From: Eledone cirrhosa
Taxonomy: Eukaryota
Assembly (NCBI GenBank): GCA_964016885.1
Contig: OZ024740.1
Location: 84,506,001 to 84,570,000, forward strand
Length of the DNA stretch: 64,000 bases
Reading direction: 5' to 3'
The position numbers were made by a program, and so were the translations under genes. The notes below the pieces were generated by a model, which saw only the letters and a list, made by a program, of their open reading frames with translations, was not told the origin of the DNA and made no database searches. Positions 45,964 through 58,032 of the stretch are shown in pieces. Positions within the stretch are counted from its first letter, which is position 1. The number at the start of each line of letters is the position of its first letter.

Positions 45964-46236
45964 GGTAGTTACCACAATTCCGGTTTGTATTTATTTTCTT
46001 AGATTGAGACAAGCGAACCCAATTGTCTATAGTTAGTATTCTTTTCACCTTAGCAAATCTGGTCCCTTACGATTTGAAAACATATATGTATTCGTCTCTG
46101 TGTTCGTTTTTCTTTTATATTCTATTATAATATACGGCTCAGAAATATCTCTTTCTTAGAGCTATTTTATTGTAAGAGACTATTTTGAGATCCTAACTCA
46201 ATATATACCTTTGATATATATATATATATATATATA

Positions 46237-46294
46237 TAAATGTAAGTATGTATGTATACGTACATACATATATGTATACAGACGTACAGTAGCA

Positions 46295-46342
<48 letters not shown>

Positions 46343-46785
46343 CAGGTACACATATATATATGTACGTATCAGTTTAGCGAACGTTTATTATAACGCCCGC
46401 TTTGTCCGTTTGTAAACAAGCGAACAGCCTGATTTATGCCATACGGTGTTAAGGCAACCACGTCACCTTTTTGTTCAACACTGACACAGGAACGATGTAC
46501 TAGTTTCAAGCTTGTTAGCTATCATCAGCACCGTATACCCTTCTGCCAGATAGTTGAACGTTCGAAAGTATATACTTTCCTTATGAAAATTAACGGCTGA
46601 GCAGCCTAATTTGCATATCGAGTGAGTTCAGTCGGCCAGGCGTACCGAAAACGATAAGTTGTAATATAATGAAACGAAATTTCATTTCTCACTCTTAGTA
46701 CGGCACTTACTTAAATGTAAGTATGTATGTATACGTACATACATATATGTATACAGACGTACAGTAGCATGCATATATATATATA
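46237..46785 (-). mobile_element. ORF-less 475-bp tandem unit; inverted partial copy at 49634-49800; related fragment 15383-15500
   Basis: 46237-46300 repeats at 46712-46775; 46654-46785 inverted at ~49670-49800. Confidence 0.8.
46492..46534 (-). ncRNA. Minimal hammerhead ribozyme
   Basis: ACGGTG-CTGATGA-T-AGCT/aaca/AGCT-T-GAAA-CTAG-TA-CATCGT. Confidence 0.85.
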
Positions 46786-46907
46786 TATTGGTAAACGGAA
46801 TAGAAAATGCTGACAAATTGTTCACAGTTGAAAAATGGTTTAATTAGGAATAAAAGAGTATTAGTGATTGTATGGGTTAGTATTCAGTTGTGGTTTTAAG
46901 TTTTTAA

Positions 46908-46946
46908 GTTTTTACCGGTTGCGCATTTCTAAATGCTTTTCAAAAA
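46908..46946 (-). ncRNA. Hammerhead, U3-A8 core, GAAA mutated to GCAA
   Basis: TTT-TTGAAAA-GCATTT/ag/AAATGC-GCAA-CCGG-TA-AAA; related to 57023-57060. Confidence 0.6.
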
Positions 46947-47265
46947 TAATTTTGAGATAGAGTGTCCGTGCTGTTTGCTCTGATCTGATTAGTTTTGGGA
47001 ATTCTACCTCTTTTTATGTTAAAAAAGTGGCTCCAGCGTTACTTTGGTGTTGCAAAATTTCTTGTGGTCAAAACAATTTTGATTGGTCGGTAGAGGTCAT
47101 GTGAGTGTAAAAAATTGATTTTGCGCCAAGACTGTTTTTATGTTAAAAAAGTGGCTCCAGCAACAATTCTTGTGGTCAAAACAATTTTGATTGGTCGGTA
47201 GAGGTCATTTGAATAAAAAATTGGTTTTGCGCCAAGATTGAGAAATGACTCTTTCACAACAACAA

Positions 47266-47388
<123 letters not shown>

Positions 47389-47722
47389 TGTGTATGTGTG
47401 TGTGTGTGTGTGTAGTAGTAGTAGTAGTAAGGTGTTCGATGTTGTGATAATGGTTAGCAGCGATGTGTGTCAAATGGCTATTGAGATAAGTGTGTGTGTG
47501 TGTGTATGTGTGTGTGTGTGTTTGTATAGCAGAGTAATTCGTGGTGGCAGAGATGGTCAGTAAGAATGTGTCTGAAAGCAATGGGGGCTATTTTAGCATG
47601 TCAAAAGATATTTTTCAGCTTTTGTCTTATACGGAGAAGTGCGTGTGTGTGTGTGTGTGTGTATATAAGTCTCTTTGTATGTTGATGTACGCGTGTGTAT
47701 GTGTGTGTGTATATATATGTGT

Positions 47723-47803
<81 letters not shown>

Positions 47804-48141
47804 GGTGGACCAGTATTTTTTCACCCTGGTAAAATGGTGTATATTATTCGATTTTTTTCAGTAAAATCGGTTCTCTTAATAGAACATCAAAAATCTTAAC
47901 AATAAAAGGTGTGAAATGATATTCACTATATATATATATATACACACATACATATATTCACTATATACATATATATATATATATACATATATACATATAT
48001 ATACACATATATATGCACATATATTTTTTTGTGTTGCACCATAGAGCATGTGTGTTTACGTATGTCATTGTGTTTATATGTGGGTAGAGATGTGTGCTGA
48101 TGTAGGTATGTATGTTGACGTGTGTATGTTGTGGGTTCGTC

Positions 48142-49332
48142 TTAGGGAGAAGTGTTTAGACGGGGTCCGTATTTGTTAATGAAGTAAGATTCCTTGCTGA
48201 TGCGCTGGGTGTGGGTGGCATTATCTTTAAATTTGTAGAGGGGAAAGATTCTGAAGTTGGGATGATTTTGGGCGGCACAGGTATCAATGTGTTCACTCAG
48301 TGGTATTTTCCTGTATTCCCGTATTTTAATTTGGGATCTATGGACAGTCATGCGTTGGCGGAGGCTGTTTTTGGTCTGGCCTATGTATTGTTTTCGACAA
48401 CCTGAACAAGTTAATACATATATTAGATTTTCCGATGCACATGTGAAATTGTGTTTCACTATAAAACGTTGTCCATCTTTGAAATAGAATTCCGAACCCT
48501 CTATTAGGTTGATGCAAATGCCACAGTTGGGTCTATCGCATTTTTTTACTGTGGGTTTCGTTGTTGTGGTTGGCAGTACTTTGGCATGTGTTAAGATGTT
48601 TTTCATTGACTTGGATTGTCTTTTGCTCTTTATGATATCGTGTGTTCGTAGAATTTGGTTCATTCTATGGTCCTTTTTCAATACAGGGATGTTCTGGAGG
48701 ATGGTGTCAAAGGCCTCATTGTTGAGGGGGTTGTGTGTGGAGATGTATGGAAGAGCTTTTAGTTTTGGTTGATTTACTTTAGGGTGTCTAAGGTCCTGGG
48801 TACTGAGTTTTAGGGCACGTTGGATTCCATTGTCAATTAGTGATGCAGGGTAGTCCCTGCCTATGAGTGTGTCCTTTAGTTCTTGTAGCCGTAAGTAGCA
48901 GATGTTTTTATTGGAGACTATAGTACAGATTCTCTTGGCTAAGTTGTAGGGAATATTAATTTTAACGTGTCTATGGTGGCAAGAGTTGAAGGGGAGATAT
49001 TGCTTGGAGTCTGTGGGCTTGTAGTATATATCTGCTTCTATTTTTTTGTTATGGATCTTAATGAGGATGTCGAGGAAGGGGAGTTGTTGATGGCTGTATT
49101 CCATCGTGAAGTTAATATTTGTGTTGAGCCCATTTATAAGGGTGTGAAATTCTTTAAGTTTTTCGATGTTTTCGTGCCAAAGGATGAAGCAGTCATCTAG
49201 ATATCGCTTCCAGTTCCTTTCAATGTGTAAGTGGAGGGTGTTTCCAAATTTGTTTAGGACTTTAGTGTAGAGCGTGATTTTCAGGTATCCCATGACTAGG
49301 TTGGCATAAATGGGGGCTGTTTTCCATTCCAA
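48142..49332 (-). pseudogene. Neptune-type RT (C-terminal half) + GIY-YIG, open for 396 codons
   Basis: APIYANLVMG, RYLDD, PFLDI, YYKPTD, CDRPNCGIC, NLIYVLTC..C.KQYIGQT. Confidence 0.92.
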
Positions 49333-49640
49333 ATGAACCCTAACCTCAAAGACACCTTAGGGAAAGAATGGCATTGGAAAAAATGAAGACAGAAATTGAA
49401 GTTCTTAAACTGAGGGCCCAAACAAATGAGGAAAAAATCAAAACCATCGATGAAGAGATCCTCCAGGAAATCAACAACAAAACTGAAGGCCCCAACGTAG
49501 AGAAGATCTCCAAATTATGGAAAGGGGACTGCAACAGAGAAGAACTGAAATCCCTTCAACGCTGGGAAAAAAGTGCCGCTTGGTTCTTACACTATAAATC
49601 GACTTTTCAAACGGATTACACCTCCAATAACCCGTACCTG

Positions 49641-49684
<44 letters not shown>

Positions 49685-49810
49685 TGCTACTGTACGTCTG
49701 TATACATATATGTATGTACGTATACATACATACTTACATTTAAGTAAGTGCCGTACTAAGAGTGAGAAATGAAATTTCGTTTCATTATATTACAACTTAT
49801 ATATATATAA

Positions 49811-50510
49811 TTCTTCTCAACAGAAATAGCTCTACAATTAAGGAGCCGTATATATATATCTAAGTCCAAAATTAAGATAAATGAATTAAATGAATTTAAT
49901 CTAAATCGAAATCATGGGTGTCATGACATAATGCATGCGCCATAAATCCTCAGAATTTAAGCTCAAAGATAAATACATCTGAACATATTATAATAACTAG
50001 AGATTGATTAACATATAAAAATACATGAATAATCACAGGAGATAATTTAAGCTTGCGTGTAACCGCGCATAGCTAGTTTAGGCAATATTTACCTTTAAGA
50101 GTGATTAAGAGTGATATACGGCTCCTTTGTAGAGCTATTTCTGTTGAGAAGAATTTTGACTGCTATTTCTAGTTGTCGAATACCTTTTCACGCCACTGAA
50201 ACGAAACCGCTATCTTGTGTGGACGCAACACGTGGTGGCGGATAGTTGAAAATTTGATCTCGCTCTGTAAGCTCGAATAGCTGGATAATTATCTATTTCC
50301 TTGTTGACAATCCAATAATATCTACTTTCCGTGACTTACCATCTGATTAATTGGTGAAATATATTTCTTTAATGGGATATATACAAGGAAAGTTAATCAC
50401 TCTTAAAGGTAAATATTGCCTAAACTAGCTATGCGCGGTTACACGCAAGCTTAAATTATCTCCTGTGATTATTCATGTATTTTTATATGATAATCAATCT
50501 CTAGTTATTA
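49811..50510. mobile_element. Rearranged (inverted + direct) member of the 571-bp unit family
   Basis: Similar to 9302-9873; ~49990-50108 inverted to 50393-50510; 49811-49845 inverted to ~50115-50153. Confidence 0.8.
50297..50390 (+). ncRNA. Hammerhead, U3-A8 core
   Basis: TTCCTTG-TTGACAA-T-CCAAT...ATTGG-T-GAA-ATATATTTC/tttaat/GGGATATAT-A-CAAGGAA. Confidence 0.8.
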
Positions 50511-50623
50511 TATATATATATATTTTATATATATATATATATCAACATTTTATATATATATATATATATACATTATATATATATATATATATATACATTA
50601 TATATATATATATATATATACAT

Positions 50624-50688
<65 letters not shown>

Positions 50689-51205
50689 CTATATATATAT
50701 ATATATGTATCTCTCGCCTATGAATTCACCAAGCTTAAGCTTACAGATTTCATGTACTTGTCTCTTCCTATCTTTCCATAGCCATACCATCGTTGTTTGT
50801 TTACATGTCTCGCTCGTTTCACCCTATTTTACTTGTCCCAATAACTTTATTTGTTATTGCTCGCGCCAACTAGAGGTATATGATTTTTAAAGCGATGAAA
50901 TACCAATGGAAGTTGGAAGATCACTGATGAAGGACTAATTTTATTAATATGTAACCCATGTGCAACCACGCAGCCCTCCATTTTTCTCATATTTATATAT
51001 ATATATACATTTTATATATATATATATATATATATACATTTTATATATCACGATAAATTAACGGAGGCATAGGCCATCGTTATTCCCTGTAAATAATGTG
51101 CTCAAAGGGGAAGAGATCCTGAGCCCTTTAGAATATAATATGTTGAGAAGGTAACACACCAGAGAGAGATATATAGTGCGTTATCAATCTGAAATGTATA
51201 GCCTT

Positions 51206-51284
51206 ACACACGCTGATGAACCGAGACTACCATTTCTTTCAACAAATTTTCTGGCGAAACATATCTCTGGATTTGTACGTGTGT
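51206..51284 (+). ncRNA. Hammerhead in fold-back remnant 51050-51460
   Basis: ACACACG-CTGATGA...GAAACA...TGTA-CGTGTGT; IR 51132-51188/51400-51456. Confidence 0.8.
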
Positions 51285-51458
51285 TATATAGTTATAGAGG
51301 TATTTATTTACGCTTTAATTTATATTTTTAATTATCGTGTCTATAGTCTGCCTTTCATAGGTTATAGATTCCATACACTGGTGGTTTTTTCCCTGTATTA
51401 TTGATAACGCACTATATATCTCTCTCTGGTGTGTTACCTTCTCAACATATTATATTAC

Positions 51459-51559
<101 letters not shown>

Positions 51560-51625
51560 TATATATATATACATTATATATATATATATATACATTATAT
51601 ATATACATCATATATATATATACAT

Positions 51626-51678
<53 letters not shown>

Positions 51679-51850
51679 TATATATACACATCATATATAT
51701 ATATACAATATATATATATATATACACATCATATATATATATACATATACACTATAACGGTTGGAGCTTCCTGGAAGCTTCCAGGAAGCTCCAATCGTTA
51801 AGGTTGTCTTTTTGCAGGGTATGTCAATATTTATTTATAAAACAAATCTG

Positions 51851-51916
51851 TATTTTATCTGATGAAAGCGCACCATAATTTGCCTTGGTTGCCCTTGAAA
51901 TATATATAATAAAATA
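51851..51916 (+). ncRNA. Hammerhead in pLTR remnant 51755-52052
   Basis: TATTTTAT-CTGATGA-AAG...CTT-GAAA-TATATA-TA-ATAAAATA; tail homologous to 22036-22165. Confidence 0.85.
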
Positions 51917-52066
51917 AATATGCTTTTATAAATATAGTTTCCATTTATTAGTATATTGTGTATTTACTCCACTACACTGCTGAGTGCTTTATATCAGTTA
52001 TAAAAATGTTTAAGCTTGTTGAATCCCAACAAATTAAATATAACCTCTGCATATATATATATATAT

Positions 52067-52739
52067 AGTTGTTATATAGTAAGGTGCATTATTGGTTGTG
52101 TAAAATGGTCCAATAACTTTATGTTGGCAATATTAAGTTCTCCACGCTTTTGTATATCTCCAATTCCATTCAAGGGAACAGCTAGATGATGTAAAACGGA
52201 GTATAAGTATCAAAATGGAAATCCGAAGTCAAGGTAAAATTCCAATCATTTAATCACGACACATGTTTCAATATGAGATAGATCGATTGTGAAGCCATGA
52301 TCGATTATCACTGATCTCATCAGGTGAAAATGAATTTTCTTCAAATTCTTGATATGAGGGAGATGACCTCGAGCCGGTGTATGTGGGTGTGGAATGTGTG
52401 TATACCCACTCACATTAACTGTGACTGACTGTATCCTTACAGATTTGTTTGATGTCCAGCGTCTTTTGCAGCGATGAAAATCTGAAAACTTTTATGACCT
52501 CAACTGAAGCTAATAGCAGTCGCGGTGTTTCTGACTGATGTGTCTGCATATGAGGGAATAAATTCTGTGAGAGAACATCGCTATTTTTTCTCCCTCATAT
52601 CAAGAATTTGATGACAATTCATTTTCACCTGATGAGATCAGTGATAATCGATCATGGCTTCACAATCGATCTATCTCTTATTGAAACATGTGTCGTGATT
52701 AAATGATTGGAATTTTACTTTGCCTTCGGATTTCCATTT

Positions 52740-52743
<4 letters not shown>
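52067..52743. mobile_element. Fold-back pLTR element with hammerheads at 52254-52327 (minus) and 52625-52698 (plus)
   Basis: 52209-52363 inverted to 52588-52743; TCAC-CTGATGA...GAAAC-atgt-GTC-GTGA. Confidence 0.85.
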
Positions 52744-52783
<40 letters not shown>

Positions 52784-52798
52784 TATACATATATACAT

Positions 52799-52829
<31 letters not shown>

Positions 52830-52916
52830 TATATATATATATAATGTATATATATATATATATATACATTATATATATATACATTATATATACATATATA
52901 CATTATATATATATAT

Positions 52917-53002
<86 letters not shown>

Positions 53003-53006
53003 TATA

Positions 53007-53107
53007 TACGAGGTGGGTCAGAAAAGTTCCAGGACTTAGTGTGAAGTTTGGGTTTGAAATAAATGTTTTGTGACGTCACTCCCGGAACTTTTCTGGCCCA
53101 CCTCGTA
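53007..53107. mobile_element. ~100-bp mariner-type MITE
   Basis: TIRs TACGAGGTGGGTCAGAAAAGTTCC / GGAACTTTTCTGGCCCACCTCGTA with TA ends. Confidence 0.85.
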
Positions 53108-53119
53108 CATTATATTCTT

Positions 53120-54185
53120 TTATTCTCTTATTTTTTAACCTGTTCCAGCCATCCGGCTGAGGCTATGCTGAGGCACCGCCCTTGTTGCTACACATTTTAT
53201 CTCCAGCCTGTATTGGTTGGCCACTGGTGCAAGAGGAGTTTGTTGCTGCTGCCCTTAGGTTTCCCTCGTGCTTTGTTGTGGGCTCATCCGGGATCCTGGA
53301 TAGCAAGGTGTCGAGATGTTTCTTGAAGACATCCACACCATGCAGATCTCTCAGATCCCTCGGCAGCTTGTTGAAGAATTGATGGCCCTTGAACCCCAGG
53401 CTATTGCAATATCTGCTCCTTATTCTAGATGTGGAAGACACCACACAGTGATGTCCTGTTCGACGGTTGGTCCAGCTCCCAATGCCAAAGTTTGGTGCTA
53501 GTCCCTCCAGGATTTTCCACGTGTAGATCACTGCATATCTCTCCCGTCTTCGTTCCAAGGAGTAGAGGTTCAGTTCTTTTAGCCTCTCCCAATATCTTTT
53601 CTCCTTCACCGTGTCAATCCTCTTGGTGTAGCTTCGCTGGATTGCTTCAAGCTCCGTGGTTAGTTTGACACTATGGAGTGACCACAACTGGGAGCAATAG
53701 TCCAGGCGGCTTATGACAAATGTCCTCCATAGTGTCAATATGGTGTCCCGGTCTCTTGTCCGGAAAGTCCTCAAGATCGAGCGAGCGAGTCGTCTGCAAA
53801 TTGTCGCCACTTTCATGCTGTGTGAGGAAAAAGATGCATAATCGCTCATGTCTATACCCAGGTCTCGTATCGATTTTGTCACAGGGATATCGGTTCCTCC
53901 TGGTCCTGCGTAACTGTGTTGTACTGTATTTGTGTTTGCAGGTTTGTATTGTAGGGCTTGGAATTTGCCAGCATTAAACTGCATGTTGTTGTTTTCCGAC
54001 CATTTGTATATGACATCCAGATCTTGTTGTAAAAGGGCAGCGTCAGCATGGTTTTTGATTGCCTGTGCTACCTTAGTGTCATCAGCATAGCTAGTGAGGG
54101 ATGTTGTTGTATGTACTACAGAGGGCATGTCTGAGAGAGCCACCAAAAACAGTAGTGGTCCCAGGACTGTGCCTTGGGGCACCCA
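53120..54185 (-). mobile_element. CR1-like LINE 3' fragment (RT C-terminus)
   Basis: VPQGTVLGPLLF, YADD, RDLG, RLDYCSQLWS, LYSLERRRERY. Confidence 0.88.
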
Positions 54186-54209
54186 CATAATATATATATA
54201 TGTATATAC

Positions 54210-54300
<91 letters not shown>

Positions 54301-54303
<3 letters not shown>

Positions 54304-54473
54304 AACGAGTAGGACCCCGACGGCTGAGCTCAAGCCGTTTCGACTAGCCGTCGAAACGGCTTGAGCTCAGCCGTCGGGATCCTACTCGTTCCTATTACCC
54401 ACTCTACTACCCTAAGTATTGAGTACTTTGGTGCGTTATGGTCCACCTGGTTCCTTACCACATTTCCTTCGTT
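54301..54473 (+). mobile_element. Tiny fold-back pLTR remnant with half hammerhead (related piece 29987-30035, minus)
   Basis: 54301-54344 inverted to 54350-54393; GAAACGGC-loop-GCCGTC; CUGANGA lost at the inversion. Confidence 0.7.
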
Positions 54474-54598
54474 ATATATATATATATATACATTATATAT
54501 ATATGTAAAAGGTAAACAGAAATAACAACACAATCGGTACAGTATATGGAAGGCATATATTAGGTTAACGTTTGACGCTTGATATAGCAGGAAGAGGC

Positions 54599-54634
54599 TC
54601 TTAACGTTTCGGACGCTAGTCCTTCGTCGGAAGA
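54599..54634 (-). ncRNA. Minimal hammerhead, U4C core, in remnant 54505-54725
   Basis: TCTT-CCGACGA-A-GGAC/tagc/GTCC-GAAA-CG-TT-AAGA. Confidence 0.8.
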
Positions 54635-54722
54635 AAGAATGAGAAATAAAATAGATTGCGGGGACGAGCGGGATGGAATTGGAAAAAATGTCTTTAGATA
54701 AAAATAACAGGTCCATTCATGG

Positions 54723-54787
<65 letters not shown>

Positions 54788-54814
54788 TACATTATATATA
54801 TATGTATTTTTTTT

Positions 54815-55608
54815 ACCCGAATTACTTGGTCGTTTCTATGGCTGTGCGGATAATGGTTTAACCATCGTCTCAGTGTGTTTGGCCTTTTAACGTATGTTGT
54901 AGCTCTGGTTCGTTAGAATTCATTGAGCGCTTGCTACACATCTTGGAAGTTGTTTTTCGCTAATTTCCAATAGCTGAAATACGATTCTCGCTAATTTATA
55001 TTTGTATTAATCTCCAGAGTCTAGCTATTGACCAGTTAATTTTCTTGATTTTTTTAGTTGATTCTATTGACTGATGAATAGCTTTTGTTAACTTTAAAAC
55101 CATTCTGTTGAGAAGTTAATTCGTTTTGTGATATTTTGCAATTTTGCAATATTACACACTGAATTCTTCCGCCAAAAATAAGGGTTGCCTCCCTTGCCGA
55201 GCCCCACGTGGGTATTGGTAACGGTCAATCTTTGGCCTGGCACTTGAACTAAAACCTGTTGAGAAAGTGACGTCCTCGTACAATCATCTACCAAAAGCTT
55301 AACATTATTTGTCTAAGCGGACAGTACTTGATTTAGGAGTCGCAGAAACCCAAATGCTGGATTTTACCAACCATCCAGGGGTCCGGGTAAATCTTTCAAT
55401 CACATTTTTTTATTGTTTAACCCGAATTACTTGGTCGTTTCTATGGCTGTGCGGATAATGGTTTAACCATCGTCTCAGTGTGTTTGGCCTTTTAACGTAT
55501 GTTGTAGATCTGGTTCGTTAGAATTCATTGAGCGCTTGCCACACATCTCGGAAGTTGTTTTTCGCTAATTTCCAATAGCCGAAATACTATTCTCGGTAAT
55601 TTATATTT
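54815..55608 (+). mobile_element. ORF-less tandem element, 605-bp unit
   Basis: 54815-55003 repeats at 55420-55608; homologous to 20041-20745. Confidence 0.85.
55254..55388 (+). ncRNA. Hammerhead, U3-A8 core, long stems II and III
   Basis: ACCTG-TTGAGAA-a-GTGAC.TCCT...AGGA-GTCGC-a-GAAACCC...CTGGAT..ATCCAG-GGGTC-CGGGT. Confidence 0.7.
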
Positions 55609-55613
55609 ATATA

Positions 55614-55697
<84 letters not shown>

Positions 55698-55704
55698 TAC
55701 ATTA

Positions 55705-55876
55705 TCGGTAGAGGGTCGGACGCCATGCTTTGACGCAAAGCGTTACGGCCCTTTCCATTCCGAGTTCAAATCCCGCCGAGGTTAACTTTGCCTTTCATCC
55801 TTGCGGGGTCGATAAAATAAAGTACCAGTAATACACTGGGTATTTGCTGGCCTTGTGCCAAAAGTAAAAACAATTA
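55705..55876 (+). mobile_element. tRNA-derived SINE, slightly 5'-truncated
   Basis: B box GAGTTCAAATCC plus conserved core. Confidence 0.9.
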
Positions 55877-55940
55877 TATATATACATTCATATACATATA
55901 CATTATATTTATATATATACATTCATATACATTATATATA

Positions 55941-56021
<81 letters not shown>

Positions 56022-56022
56022 T

Positions 56023-56305
56023 ATGTCAGGTCACCAGTTGGTGCTACTGGTAACATGTATCCCAGTACAACCTGTCTCATGGTCGGGTCGTTGGCGATTA
56101 AACTGGCAACCCCACCAAGGTTTCTTGGTGAGGAGGGTGACTTTTGACATCCTGCAGGACTAAAAACAAAACCTGTCAAAGGGCAAAGGAGCTCTTAAGA
56201 GTCAATGGCCATATAAAATCACCGGGAGAGATGACCCCTTAGCCTTTGTCAAGGCAGAATTCTAGGAGAAGGAAAACTCTGATATAACACCTGCAACCCT
56301 GATGG
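56023..56305 (+). mobile_element. Probable RTE-clade LINE 5'UTR fragment
   Basis: CTAGGAGAAGGAAAACTCTGA and AAACTGGCAACCCCACC motifs recalled from RTE 5' leaders; no ORF support. Confidence 0.4.
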
Positions 56306-56738
56306 TATCCAATGATGTTGACTTGTTCTTCTTTTTGGTAAATATCATCTTGGTTAAGAGAGTGGGACTGGCTTTGTGCAGTGCCTTTGCTCACTATAAA
56401 AGCTTCACGGCACAGGCATTGCTTTATATCTGGAGATCTCTCTGCACTTGTCCTCACATGGTACCATGGGCCCAGCACTATGTGTCAATAATTGTCACAA
56501 GTGTAGTGTTTGTACCAGAGTTTTCAAGTCGCTAGCTGGACTAAAAAGTCACACTCGTTCAGCGCTTCGGTAGGGGTTCTCCTACATGGATATAAAGTAG
56601 TGGCCGTACTCGAAAACGAGTTGGCAGCCACCATATATATATACATTATATATATATACATTATATACATATATATATACATTATATACATATATACGTT
56701 ATATATATATACATATATATATATACTTATATATATAC

Positions 56739-56781
<43 letters not shown>

Positions 56782-56803
56782 TATATATATACATATATAT
56801 ACG

Positions 56804-56856
<53 letters not shown>

Positions 56857-56861
<5 letters not shown>

Positions 56862-57200
56862 AAAAAGAGATGAAATCGAAAATGCAACTGGAGTCTTATT
56901 TTTTTTTTAAATATATATATTTATTTGGTTCCTTTACCGGTTTCGCAGTTCTTCTGCTTTTCAAAAGGTGAGTTGAGATGGAGGGTCTGTGAGAAAAACC
57001 ACAGACCCTCCATCTCAACTCACCTTTTGAAAAGCAGAAGAACTGCGAAACCGGTAAAGGAACCAAATAAATATATATATTTTTTTTTTAAATAAGACTC
57101 CAGTTACATTTTCGATTTCATCTCTTTTTCTTTATACTTTCACTCGTGTAGGACACCTCGGTTATTTTTCATTTTGTAAAAAAAACCTCACTTTCTAATA
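56857..57200 (+). mobile_element. Fold-back pLTR element
   Basis: 56857-56991 inverted to 57000-57135, then a unique tail. Confidence 0.85.
57023..57060 (+). ncRNA. Minimal hammerhead, U3-A8 core (inverted twin 56931-56968)
   Basis: CCTT-TTGAAAA-GCAG/aagaa/CTGC-GAAA-CCGG-TA-AAGG. Confidence 0.85.
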
Positions 57201-58032
57201 TATATATATTTATTTATATACATTATATATATATATATACACACACAAATATATATATATATATATGGGGGGGGAGGCTGTGTGTGTACATATATAATTC
57301 TTTGAGAATAGCTGTCTCCTACTCTGTCGCCTGTAGCTAGCTCTATACTGCACTGCACAGGTATTATTGTATGCTGAAGTGAAATAAATATTGAATATAG
57401 ATATAATGGGTCTGAAATTAATACCTTACTTACCAAAAATATAATAAAACATGCGCTGAATTTCTTTCGCGTCAGTTATGAAGCGTAAATGAAATATATA
57501 TTGAATCTCGTAAGAAGTATTTTCAATGTGAAAGAAAGTATTATATAGAAAACTGGAAGCGTATTGTGGAAATCTGTAAACAAAGTAAGAATGAAGCCGA
57601 AGTAACTTCATGCTTTGCATGCCCGATATTAAGTCAACAACGATGAAAATATAGCGAGAAAATTAACAGATAATATGGATATAAATACAAGTAGTAGTAG
57701 CATGAATAATAATAATAATAATAATAATAATGTTTTCTTTATTAACCACAAGGGTTTACATAAAGTAGACATTAAGGACAGTACAGGACAATACAGGATG
57801 GTACAAATGGGCATTTCTGCGTGTAAAAAAACAGAGGATGTAATAAAAAAAATAACAATGAAAAATTCCCCAATAGGGGGGAGACTTCCGAGGGACATTT
57901 GTGGAGAAAGCCCATTAAAAAGGCCACAGTGACCCTGACCACCAGGGCAAGTGCCCTCTCTTAGTTTTCCACCTTTAATTTACAGACACATACTCAGAGC
58001 AGGCCCATTCAGTCGGGCCATACTTGCTTCTC

